A model generated the notes under the pieces. The model had not been told where the DNA came from. It worked only from the letters and a program-made list of their open reading frames with translations, and made no database searches. A stretch of 64,000 nucleotides of DNA from an uncultured Clostridia bacterium (GTDB lineage Bacteria > Bacillota > Clostridia > TANB77 > CAG-508), in contig CAUWGC010000003.1 of NCBI GenBank assembly GCA_963558405.1, positions 45,801-109,800 of the forward strand, read 5' to 3'. Below, in pieces: positions 54,706-64,000 of the stretch. Within the stretch, counting starts at the first letter, position 1; each line of letters begins with the position of its first letter. The position numbers were made by a program, and so were the translations under genes.

Positions 54706-55479
54706 ATGGAATTTTTTGATTCTCATTCACATTACAATGACGAAAAATTTGATATAGATAGAGAAGAAATAATAAAACTAACATATGAAGATGGAATTAC
54801 AAATATAATTTGTGCAGGATATAATATAGATTCTTCTAAAAAAGCAATAGAAATAGCTAAAGAAAATTCATATATATATGCAATTGTAGGAATTTCACCA
54901 AATGATATTACTAAAAAAGAAAACATAGAACAGGAAATGCATGAAATAGAAAAAATGCTAAATAATTCTAAAATTGTAGCAATAGGAGAAATTGGATTAG
55001 ATTATTATTGGAATAAGGAAAATAAAGAATTACAAAAAGAATATTTTATAAAACAAATAGATATAGCAAATAAATACCAGTTGCCAATTGTAATTCATTC
55101 TAGAGATGCTTTTTTAGATACAATAGAAATATTAAAAAATAATACGCCAGTAAAAAAAGGTGTATTTCATTGTGTACAATTAAATCAAGAGCTAATAAAA
55201 CAAGCATTAAAACTAGATTTTTATGTATCTTTTGCAGGACCAATTACATTTAAAAATACAAAAAATGCAGAAGAAATAATAAAGAACATTCCTTTAGATA
55301 AAATATTAATAGAAACAGATAGTCCATATCTTTCACCAGAGCCTAATAGAGGAAAAAGAAATGATTCACGAAATGTAAAATATGTTGCTAATAAAATAGC
55401 TCAAATAAAACAAGTAAGTATAGAAAAAATTGCAAATATTACATATGAAAATGCAAAAAAAATATTTGAAATAAAATAA
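54706..55479 (+). CDS. tatD: TatD family DNase
   Basis: DSHSH, GEIGLDY, IHSRDA and ETDSPYL motifs. Confidence 0.93.
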   Translation: MEFFDSHSHYNDEKFDIDREEIIKLTYEDGITNIICAGYNIDSSKKAIEIAKENSYIYAIVGISPNDITKKENIEQEMHEIEKMLNNSKIVAIGEIGLDYYWNKENKELQKEYFIKQIDIANKYQLPIVIHSRDAFLDTIEILKNNTPVKKGVFHCVQLNQELIKQALKLDFYVSFAGPITFKNTKNAEEIIKNIPLDKILIETDSPYLSPEPNRGKRNDSRNVKYVANKIAQIKQVSIEKIANITYENAKKIFEIK

Positions 55480-55723
55480 AATTAGTCATATTTTTAGTAC
55501 AAGCTGAATATATATTAAATATATAAATTTAATATAAAGCAAAAAACAATTTCCTAAATCAAGTACTTCTAGTAATAAATCAAAGGAATACATAATATGC
55601 TATTTTAAATAAAACTAAAAAAGCTTGTAATATAAAGTAATTATCAGAAAAAGTATAAAATTTGACAGATTATATAAAAAATAGTATAATATTATTGTTG
55701 CTTTTAAAGGAGGAATTAAAAGT

Positions 55724-56725
55724 ATGAGAAAAGATGGAAAGGCATCTATTTCATTAATTAAATTTGCTATTATAAGTATTATTCTATTTTTAGTATTTTC
55801 CGGAATCGGAGTAATGGCTGTTAATACACAATTAAGTAATATAAAAATTGTGTTAGCAAACGGATACGAAATGGATACATTAACAGCAAAAACAAAAGTA
55901 GCAGATATTTTAAATGATGCCCATATCACCTTAGCAGAAGATGAAAAAGTTGTACCAGGAATGGAAGAAGAAATTTCAGATAATAAAACAATAAAAATAA
56001 CAAAACAAGAAGAAATTCTTCCAGAAGAACTTGAAGTTGCAGAAACAAATCAAGTAAATATGGATGAACTTTTAAAAGAATATGCACCAATTACAGAAAA
56101 AATTATCACAGAGCAAGTAGAAATTCCTTTTGAAACAATTACAAAAGATGTTTCTAATGGAGGAACAAAACAAAATAAAGTTATTCAAAATGGTAAAAAT
56201 GGATTAAAAGAAGTAACTTATCAAGTAAAATATCAAAATGATGTTGAAATTGAAAGAATAGAGTTATCTTCAAAAATAATAAAAGAACCAGTTAATAAAA
56301 TTGTACAAGTACAAACCCAATTGTCTTCAAGGGCAACAACTGCAGTATCTTATGGAAATGGAAGATGGAGTTACTCTGCAAAAGAACTTGATTTATTATG
56401 TGCAATTACTGCACAAGAATGTAGTTCAAGTTATGAGGGAGCGCTAGCAGTTATAACAACTGCATGTAATAGAGCAGAAAGTAGCAAATGGAGACGTAAT
56501 GGTACAGATCCACTAAGTCAATATAAGGCAAAAGGTCAATTCTGTTATTCTATTGATAGTAACTGGAAAAGAAGATTAAATGGTAACTATACAGCAAGTG
56601 TAAAACAAGCCGTTTTAGATGCTTTAAATGGAAAAAGAAATCATAATTATTTATCTTTCCGTTCAGCAAGAAGCTATTCAGGAGGAGTAAATATTGGAGG
56701 AAATGCTTATTTTAATCCAATGTAA
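55724..56725 (+). CDS. YabE-like cell wall protein (DUF348-like + G5) with a SleB/Hydrolase_2-like C-terminus
   Basis: TKVADIL...DEKVVP, G5 (IPFET...QNGKNG...KEPVNKIV), then LLCAITAQECSSSYEGALAV...NR...GQF. Confidence 0.75.
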   Translation: MRKDGKASISLIKFAIISIILFLVFSGIGVMAVNTQLSNIKIVLANGYEMDTLTAKTKVADILNDAHITLAEDEKVVPGMEEEISDNKTIKITKQEEILPEELEVAETNQVNMDELLKEYAPITEKIITEQVEIPFETITKDVSNGGTKQNKVIQNGKNGLKEVTYQVKYQNDVEIERIELSSKIIKEPVNKIVQVQTQLSSRATTAVSYGNGRWSYSAKELDLLCAITAQECSSSYEGALAVITTACNRAESSKWRRNGTDPLSQYKAKGQFCYSIDSNWKRRLNGNYTASVKQAVLDALNGKRNHNYLSFRSARSYSGGVNIGGNAYFNPM

Positions 56726-56807
56726 AAAATAAAATATAAAAGTAACAGCGTCCCTTAAAAAAGGGACGTTTTTATAAATAATATATAAATAAAAAGGAGT
56801 ATTTAAG

Positions 56808-57557
56808 ATGAAAATAATTTCTTGGAACGTAAATGGAATAAGAGCTGCAATGGGGAAAGGTTTTTTAGATTTTTTTGAAAAAGAAGATGCAGATATTTTT
56901 TGTATACAAGAAACAAAAATGCAAGAAGGACAGATTGAATTAAATTTTAAAGGTTATACTACTTATTTAAATAGTGCAATAAAGAAGGGCTATTCAGGTA
57001 CAGCTATTTTTACAAAAGAAAAACCTATTTCAGTGTCTTATGGAATTGGAATAGAAGAACATGATAAAGAAGGAAGAGTAATAACAGCAGAATATAAAGA
57101 TTTTTATTTAGTAAATTGTTATACACCAAATTCAAAAAAAGAATTAGAGAGATTAGATTATCGTATGATTTGGGAAGACGAAATGAGAAATTATCTTAAA
57201 AATCTAGATAAAATAAAACCAGTTATTTTATGTGGAGATTTAAATGTTGCGCATAAAGAAATAGATCTTAAAAATCCAAAAACAAATCATCATAGTGCTG
57301 GTTTTACAGATGAGGAAAGAAATAAAATGACAGAATTATTAGATTCAAATTTTATAGACTCATTTAGATTTTTATATCCTGACAAAAAAGATGCTTATAC
57401 TTGGTGGTCTTATATAGGTGGTGCTAGAAGTAGAAATGCAGGTTGGAGAATAGATTATTTTATTGTTTCAAAAAGAATTTCAAAAAACATTAAAGAATCT
57501 CTAATATATTCTGATGTTTTGGGAAGTGACCATTGCCCTATAGGTTTAGAAATTTAA
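56808..57557 (+). CDS. xth: Exodeoxyribonuclease III
   Basis: SWNVNG, QETK, GDLNVAH, GWRIDY and SDHCP motifs. Confidence 0.95.
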   Translation: MKIISWNVNGIRAAMGKGFLDFFEKEDADIFCIQETKMQEGQIELNFKGYTTYLNSAIKKGYSGTAIFTKEKPISVSYGIGIEEHDKEGRVITAEYKDFYLVNCYTPNSKKELERLDYRMIWEDEMRNYLKNLDKIKPVILCGDLNVAHKEIDLKNPKTNHHSAGFTDEERNKMTELLDSNFIDSFRFLYPDKKDAYTWWSYIGGARSRNAGWRIDYFIVSKRISKNIKESLIYSDVLGSDHCPIGLEI

Positions 57558-57572
57558 GTTAGGAGGATAAAC

Positions 57573-58694
57573 ATGAAAAAAGAAAGAAAATGGACAAAGT
57601 GGTTATATTATTTTTCATTAGCAATTTGTGTGGTAGCAGTTTATAAAACATTAGATAGTTTTCCAGCAATATTGGGTTTGTTTAGTAAATTACTAGATGT
57701 ATTAATGCCATTTATATTAGGTATTTTAATAGCATATATATTTTATTTACCATGTAGAGCATTAGAAAAGCATTACAAAAAAAGTAAAATAAAAGTAATA
57801 AAAAATAAAGCAAGAATTTTTTCAATTATAACTGCATACATAGTTGCAATTTTATTTATTATTTTAGTATTTAATTTTGTATTACCAACAGTTACACAAA
57901 GTATTATAGATTTAGCAAACAGCTTACCAAATTATTATCAATCAGCAATAGAAAACTTAAAAAATCTACCAGAGGACAATATATTAAATAAATTAGATAT
58001 TAAAAATATGCTAAATGATATGGAAGCAATTAATATAAAACACTTTTTTAGCGTAAATACAGTAACAGGATATATAAAAAGTGCAATGGATTTAGTATCT
58101 GGTATATTTGGAATATTTGTTTCTATAGTTACATCAATATATTTATTATATGAAAGAACAGAAATATTAAATTTTGCTAAAAAACTATGTAGAGCTATTT
58201 TTAATAATAGTACATACAAAAAAGTTGGAGCATATTTTTCAAAAACAAATGAGATATTTTTTAGATTTATTTCAAGCCAATTTATAGATGCAATTGTAAT
58301 AGGAATATTAGTTTCTATTGCAATGCTGATTTTAAATGTAAAATACTCTGTATTATTAGGATTTTTTATTGGTTTATCAAATATGATTCCATATTGGGGA
58401 GCTATAGTAGGAGTAGGAATTTCTATAATTATTACAATATTCACAGGAGGAATAGGTAAAGCAATATGGATGGGAATAATAGTAATTATATTACAACAAA
58501 TAGATGCAAATATTATTAATCCAAAAATAGTAGGAAATTCACTAAAAATAAGCCCACTTCTTGTTATTTTTGCAGTAACAGTAGGAGGAGCATATTTTGG
58601 AATATTAGGTATGTTTTTAGCTGTACCAGTTGCTACAGTAATAAAAATATTAATAAATGATTATGTTGAATACAAAAATAAAGATAATGTTTAA
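57573..58694 (+). CDS. AI-2E family transporter
   Basis: Polytopic, NMIPYWG, QQIDANIINPKIVG and GMFLAVP motifs. Confidence 0.9.
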   Translation: MKKERKWTKWLYYFSLAICVVAVYKTLDSFPAILGLFSKLLDVLMPFILGILIAYIFYLPCRALEKHYKKSKIKVIKNKARIFSIITAYIVAILFIILVFNFVLPTVTQSIIDLANSLPNYYQSAIENLKNLPEDNILNKLDIKNMLNDMEAINIKHFFSVNTVTGYIKSAMDLVSGIFGIFVSIVTSIYLLYERTEILNFAKKLCRAIFNNSTYKKVGAYFSKTNEIFFRFISSQFIDAIVIGILVSIAMLILNVKYSVLLGFFIGLSNMIPYWGAIVGVGISIIITIFTGGIGKAIWMGIIVIILQQIDANIINPKIVGNSLKISPLLVIFAVTVGGAYFGILGMFLAVPVATVIKILINDYVEYKNKDNV

Positions 58695-58832
58695 AAAAAG
58701 AGTATGCTATTAAGAAAATCTTAATGGTTTATACTCTTTTTTCTTAATAAATATATGGTAAATATATATGTAGTATAAATAAAAGGGAAAACATGATATA
58801 ATATAAACGAAAAAATAAAAAGGAGTAAAAAT

Positions 58833-59534
58833 ATGTATAATATATTAGTTTGTGATGATGATAAAGAAATTGTAAAGGCAATAGAGATATATCTTAGTAA
58901 AGAAGGTTATAAAGTATTAAAAGCTTATAATGGTAGAGAAGCGATAGATATAATAAAAAAACAAGAAATACATCTTGTATTATTAGATATTATGATGCCA
59001 GAAATGGATGGGATGACAGCAGCAGCAAGAATAAGAAAAGATAAAACAGTCCCAATTATTATGCTATCTGCTAAATCTGAAGATTATGATAAAATTATGG
59101 GATTAAATAATGGTGCAGATGATTATATTACAAAACCATTTAATCCACTAGAATTGATTGCTAGAGTTAACTCACAAATTCGTAGATATACTTCATTAGG
59201 ATCTATTAATCAAGAAAAAGAAAACAAGGATAATATTTATATAACAGGAGAATTGATAATAGATGATAGCACAAAAAAAGTAACAGTAGAAGGAAAAGAA
59301 GTAAAACTTACACCAACAGAATATAACATTTTAAAATTTCTAACCAAAAATAAAGGTATTGTATTTTCAATTGAACAAATTTATGAAAATGTATGGGAAG
59401 ATGAGGCCTATGGTGCAGAAAATATAATTGCAGTTCATATTAGACATATTAGAGAAAAAATAGAAATTAATCCAAGAGAACCAAAATATTTAAAAGTAAT
59501 ATGGGGAATTGGATATAAAATAGAAAAATTATAG
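58833..59534 (+). CDS. OmpR-family response regulator
   Basis: LLDIMMP, GADDYITKPF and winged-helix VIWGIGY motifs. Confidence 0.94.
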   Translation: MYNILVCDDDKEIVKAIEIYLSKEGYKVLKAYNGREAIDIIKKQEIHLVLLDIMMPEMDGMTAAARIRKDKTVPIIMLSAKSEDYDKIMGLNNGADDYITKPFNPLELIARVNSQIRRYTSLGSINQEKENKDNIYITGELIIDDSTKKVTVEGKEVKLTPTEYNILKFLTKNKGIVFSIEQIYENVWEDEAYGAENIIAVHIRHIREKIEINPREPKYLKVIWGIGYKIEKL

Positions 59535-59550
59535 GAGGAATATGTAATAA

Positions 59551-61659
59551 ATGGAAAAAAGACTAGAACAATCTTGTATACTAAAGATAGTTTCATATAT
59601 TTTATTATTTATTTTTGTAATATTGACAGGATACTGTGCATTAGGATATATTGCGTACAAAGAAATGCCAGAAATTGCAACAGATAAACCATATTATGAA
59701 ACAGTAGCATTTGCAGATACATTCAAAAGTCAAATGGAGATAAATGTTAGTAGACTAAATAGTTTTATTATAGATTACAAAGATAGAAATGAAAATCCAG
59801 AAAATTACACATATGATAGTTCTAGTATAGAACAATATAGTTATTTTAAAGCTCAGGAAAATGCTTATATAGAGAAAATAAATAATGGAGAAATATTATA
59901 CGAATCATTATATTCTAATATGGGAGCAAGTTTTAAATATCTTATTATTAAAGATAATTTAAAAATAACAAATATTATACAAACAGGAGAAACTGACACA
60001 GTAGAAAAGCTAATTAACCATATTAAAAAAGATAATTACTATTGGAGCTATAAAAAAGGCAATGTAGAAACAAATATTTCTAATCTAGAAAAGGAAAAAA
60101 TAATATATGACTCTCAAATACAAGATATTATAGAAGGAGAATATGAAGTATATTTTTCTTATTCACCAAATACAACAGAATATACAGTGTTTGAAAGAAA
60201 TAATGCTATTTATGAATTAGTTCAAAGACATTATATTGGATATGAAATGCTTCCACTTTACCTGTTTTTTAGTATAATACTATTTGTATATTTAACAATT
60301 AGCATGGGGCATTCAAAACAAACAGAAGAAATTAAATTAAATTTTTTAGACAAAGTTTCATTAGAAATATTAATAGCTATTTTTGGATTAGCAATATTTT
60401 TTGAAATATTATCATTATATGTTATGTTTATTGATATATCTCAAATTATGTATGAAAGAATTACAATACCGGTAATTAGTATTCTATCTATAATTGCAAT
60501 GATATATATTACAGCAATGATTGCATATTCTAGCATTATAAGAAGAATAAAAGCTAATGTGTTATTAAAAAATACATTAATTTATAAAATATGTTCATTT
60601 TTAAAAAGAATAATTTGGGGTAATATAAAAAAATTTATGGAAAAAATATCTTCAAATTGGAGATTAACTATTTATTATTTTGGATTTTGTATAATTTCAG
60701 TTATATTATTTTCAATAGGGCTAGATAATGGATTTTTCTTATTATTACTTGTAATTTGGGGAATATGGGTGTTTATTAAGATAACGGAACATCTAAAACA
60801 AATGAAAAAATTAAGAGATATGATAAATCGTATTTATGACGGAAAAACAGATATATTATTAGATGTAAATGAATTCAAAGGAAATTTAAAAAATGTAGCA
60901 AAATATCTAAATGATATAGCAGGTGGATTTTCTAATGCAATAGAAGAAAATTTAAAAAGTGAAAGAATGAAAACAGAATTAATTACAAATGTATCACATG
61001 ATTTAAAAACTCCACTTACATCTATAATAAATTATGTGGATTTACTAAAGTCAGAGAATATAGAAAATGAAAAGGCAAAAGAGTATATAGAAGTATTAGA
61101 TAATAAATCACAAAGACTTAAAAAATTAACAGAAGATTTAGTAGAAGCTTCAAAAGCATCATCTGGAAATATAAAACTTAATATGGAAAATTTAAATGTA
61201 AAGGAACTAATAAATCAAGTAACAGGGGAATTTGAAGATAAATTTGAACAAAAAAAATTAACTCCAATAATAAGTTTCCCAGAAAAGAACGTAGTCATTA
61301 AAGCAGATAGTAGATATTTATATAGAGTATTAGAAAATGTATATTCTAACATATCAAAATATGCAAAAGAAGACACAAGAGTATATATTGACATTATAAA
61401 AAACAATAAAAAAGTATTAATAGCAATTAAAAATATATCTAAGGAACAGTTAAATATTTCAGCAGATGAGTTAATGCAACGTTTTGTAAGAGGGGACAGT
61501 TCAAGAAATACAGAAGGAAGCGGGTTAGGTTTATCTATAGCAAATAGCTTAACCGAATTACAAGGAGGAACATTTAACATCTACCTAGATGGGGACTTAT
61601 TTAAAGTAGTAATAGAATTTCCTATTATATTAGATGGAATAGGAGATTCTGATAAATAA
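59551..61659 (+). CDS. Membrane sensor histidine kinase
   Basis: SHDLKTPLT, N-box, RFVRGDSSR and GSGLGL motifs. Confidence 0.93.
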   Translation: MEKRLEQSCILKIVSYILLFIFVILTGYCALGYIAYKEMPEIATDKPYYETVAFADTFKSQMEINVSRLNSFIIDYKDRNENPENYTYDSSSIEQYSYFKAQENAYIEKINNGEILYESLYSNMGASFKYLIIKDNLKITNIIQTGETDTVEKLINHIKKDNYYWSYKKGNVETNISNLEKEKIIYDSQIQDIIEGEYEVYFSYSPNTTEYTVFERNNAIYELVQRHYIGYEMLPLYLFFSIILFVYLTISMGHSKQTEEIKLNFLDKVSLEILIAIFGLAIFFEILSLYVMFIDISQIMYERITIPVISILSIIAMIYITAMIAYSSIIRRIKANVLLKNTLIYKICSFLKRIIWGNIKKFMEKISSNWRLTIYYFGFCIISVILFSIGLDNGFFLLLLVIWGIWVFIKITEHLKQMKKLRDMINRIYDGKTDILLDVNEFKGNLKNVAKYLNDIAGGFSNAIEENLKSERMKTELITNVSHDLKTPLTSIINYVDLLKSENIENEKAKEYIEVLDNKSQRLKKLTEDLVEASKASSGNIKLNMENLNVKELINQVTGEFEDKFEQKKLTPIISFPEKNVVIKADSRYLYRVLENVYSNISKYAKEDTRVYIDIIKNNKKVLIAIKNISKEQLNISADELMQRFVRGDSSRNTEGSGLGLSIANSLTELQGGTFNIYLDGDLFKVVIEFPIILDGIGDSDK

Positions 61660-61773
61660 GAAAACACAATATCATGTAAAAATAATCTTATTTTCATAAT
61701 CTAGCTTAAAAACAAAAAATATGTTATAATACTAAAAGCAGCAACTACTGTAATTATATCAAGGAGTGGTCTT

Positions 61774-61887
61774 ATGAAAAAGCAGTCTAACGTATATCCT
61801 ACTTTACCTTCTCACAGTACCTATGTGAAAGCATATGTGCAAATGAGAGAAAAACAGCGGAGAATAAAGGAGGCAAAAGAAAGCTAA
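61774..61887 (+). CDS. Putative small protein (37 aa)
   Basis: AAGGAG RBS, MKKQSNVYPTLPSHSTYVKAYVQMREKQRRIKEAKES*, TG-TATAAT upstream, terminator at 61905-61931. Confidence 0.45.
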   Translation: MKKQSNVYPTLPSHSTYVKAYVQMREKQRRIKEAKES

Positions 61888-61930
61888 TAAAAGACCAAAA
61901 AAGGCTTAAGGGTAAATTCCTTAAGCTTTT

Positions 61931-62638
61931 TTATAATATAGGGCTAGTTTTATTTAAAGCTTCATCTGCTTGCTCTTGTGAAATGTAGTTGTATTTTACC
62001 ATAGAACTTAGAACCTTTTTTTGTCTCTTAGTGGCTAAATCAATATTAGATCTTGGAGAATAGTAATAAGGAGAATTAGGAACACCAGCTAAAAGACTAC
62101 AATCATAAAGTGTCATTTCTTTTGGTTCTTTTCCTAAATATCCATTACATGCTTCCTTTATACCGGTATAGCTGTAACCAAAATAACTACTATTTACATA
62201 TAATTCTAAAATTTCATCTTTTTCGTACATATTTTCCAATTTAAAAGCCATAAAGATTTCAGCAATTTTTCTTACAATACTCTCATCTTGAGTAAAGAAA
62301 ACGTTTTTAGCAATTTGCTGTGTAATGGTACTACCACCTTCTACAAAGTCAAAGTTTTTTATGTTTGTAACAATAGCTCTACCAATAGAAATAATATCAA
62401 TAGCTCCATGGTCATAAAACCTATGATCTTCTACAGCAATAACTGCATTTAGATAATCCTTAGGAAGCTTATCTAGTGTAATATAATTTTCATCTTTTTG
62501 TATAGCCTCAATTTTGGAAGTAATATTTTCTTCAGATGATTGTTCTTTAAATAATAAATATCCTTGCACTGTAAGAGATAATCCAATAATAATTACAATT
62601 GCTAGGATAATAAAAAATATTCTTTTAATCCATTTCAT
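61931..62638 (-). CDS. Monofunctional peptidoglycan transglycosylase (GT51)
   Basis: EDHRFYDH, GGSTITQQIAKN, RKIAE and KDEILELYVN motifs. Confidence 0.92.
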   Translation of the reverse strand: MKWIKRIFFIILAIVIIIGLSLTVQGYLLFKEQSSEENITSKIEAIQKDENYITLDKLPKDYLNAVIAVEDHRFYDHGAIDIISIGRAIVTNIKNFDFVEGGSTITQQIAKNVFFTQDESIVRKIAEIFMAFKLENMYEKDEILELYVNSSYFGYSYTGIKEACNGYLGKEPKEMTLYDCSLLAGVPNSPYYYSPRSNIDLATKRQKKVLSSMVKYNYISQEQADEALNKTSPIL

Positions 62639-62790
62639 ATTTAATACCTCTCTTATGGATATATTTTACACTATAATTTTAATTTTGAAAAGTGACTTAA
62701 TGGTGACTTTAATAAATTCTTAATAGAATTGATAAATAATCATTTTTGTGTTAATATACTAAAAAATATTATTAAGAGGAGAAAATAAAT

Positions 62791-63639
62791 ATGGATATAA
62801 TTGTTGGAAAAACTTCTGGATTTTGTTTTGGAGTAAAAAATGCTGTTGAAAAAACATTAGAAGAATTAACAAACCAAAGAAATATATATTGTTTAGGAGA
62901 ATTAATCCATAATAAAAATGTAATAAAAGAATTAGAAGAAAAAGGGCTTATTATTGTTAATACAATAGAAGAAGTACCAGCAAATGAGAAATGTATAATT
63001 CGTGCACATGGAATTACTAAAAAAGAATATGAAATTGCCAGAGAAAAAGGGATTATTCTAGTAGATTTAACATGCCCAAAAGTAGTATTAATACATAAAA
63101 AAGTAGAAAAATATAATAAAGAAGGATATACTATTATACTTTATGGAAAAAGAAAGCATCCAGAAACAATAGGAAATGCTAGTTTTGCCGAAAATGATTG
63201 TTATATTATAGAAACAAAAGAAGATTTAGAAAAAACACTTAAAGAAATTAAAAATAAAAAACCAAAAAAAATAGCTATTATATCACAAACAACATTTGGA
63301 GTAGAAGAATTTAAAGAATATACAAATATAGTAAAAGAAACCATAGAGAATGCACAAATAGTAGTAGATAATACAATATGCAATAGTACAGAATTAAGAC
63401 AAAAAGAAGCGGAAGAAATTTCAAAAAAAGTAGATGTAATGGTAGTCATTGGAGGAAAGCACAGTTCTAATACAAAAGAATTATATGAGGTAGCAAAAAG
63501 ATATGCACCAAAAACAATACATATTGAACAAGCAAGTGAATTAGATGAAAATATAAAAGAAAATAATAAAATAGGTATAATTGCAGGAGCATCTACACCA
63601 GATAGTGCAATCAATGAAGTAATAGAAATGTTACAATAA
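62791..63639 (+). CDS. ispH: 4-hydroxy-3-methylbut-2-enyl diphosphate reductase
   Basis: GFCFGV, IHN, RAHG, TCPKV, QTT, TICNST, SSNT and AGASTP motifs. Confidence 0.95.
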   Translation: MDIIVGKTSGFCFGVKNAVEKTLEELTNQRNIYCLGELIHNKNVIKELEEKGLIIVNTIEEVPANEKCIIRAHGITKKEYEIAREKGIILVDLTCPKVVLIHKKVEKYNKEGYTIILYGKRKHPETIGNASFAENDCYIIETKEDLEKTLKEIKNKKPKKIAIISQTTFGVEEFKEYTNIVKETIENAQIVVDNTICNSTELRQKEAEEISKKVDVMVVIGGKHSSNTKELYEVAKRYAPKTIHIEQASELDENIKENNKIGIIAGASTPDSAINEVIEMLQ

Positions 63640-63742
63640 AACAACATTATGTAAAACTGATTTTAAAACTAGATTTTTATAAGAAAATGTGGTATAATAG
63701 ATATGTAGTGTTCTAAAAAGAACATAAAAAAGGAGAAAAAAT

Positions 63743-63916
63743 ATGTTTAATGAAAAAAAATTTGAATTTGATATTGCAAGTATTAAAAGAGAATTAGAAA
63801 TAGAAGATATGTATATTACAGAAGAAGATGTAAATTTACTAAAAAGATATATGGATGATGAAATTAATATGCCAGAGTTAATAGAAATAATAAAAAATCA
63901 ACCAATTGAAAATTAG
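63743..63916 (+). CDS. Small protein (57 aa), VbhA antitoxin-like
   Basis: AAGGAG RBS, ASIKRELEIEDMYITEEDVNLLKRYMDDEINMPELIEII. Terminator at 63911-63940. Confidence 0.55.
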   Translation: MFNEKKFEFDIASIKRELEIEDMYITEEDVNLLKRYMDDEINMPELIEIIKNQPIEN

Positions 63917-64000
63917 CTTTATGAATAAAGCTAATTTTTTTAACAAAGCATCCTGTAATAAATGAAAAATGAACTTTGACAACAAAATACCCCCTAATAT

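Overview
Very AT-rich chromosomal window from a spore-forming Clostridia-like Firmicute. It carries housekeeping and cell-envelope genes (murA, pgm, tadA, SRP RNA-dnaX-ybaB-recR, murF-ddl, prfA, pcrA, radC-mreBCD-pbp2-minC, acpS-tatD, xth, ispH), sporulation genes (spoIIR, sleB-ypeB, spoIIE, coat proteins), tRNA-Arg(CCT) and one intact IS1182-family element. The main result is that six otherwise intact genes (sleB, a VirD4-like ATPase, a ZIP transporter, pcrA, mecA, mreB) are each split in the same way: an in-frame CGG whose C must be skipped to read the Gly codon (GGA/GGT) that continues the protein. These are the only in-frame CGG codons I found in recognisable conserved genes, which suggests systematic +1 recoding at CGG or four-base CGGN-to-Gly decoding. 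A systematic sequencing error must still be excluded. Other notable items are an unannotated type I toxin-antitoxin-like locus, an orphan structured sRNA, an orphan chromosomal VirD4 operon, a 2.1 kb AT-rich spacer with a ~968 bp diverged duplication, and a YabE-like protein with a SleB-type catalytic domain.
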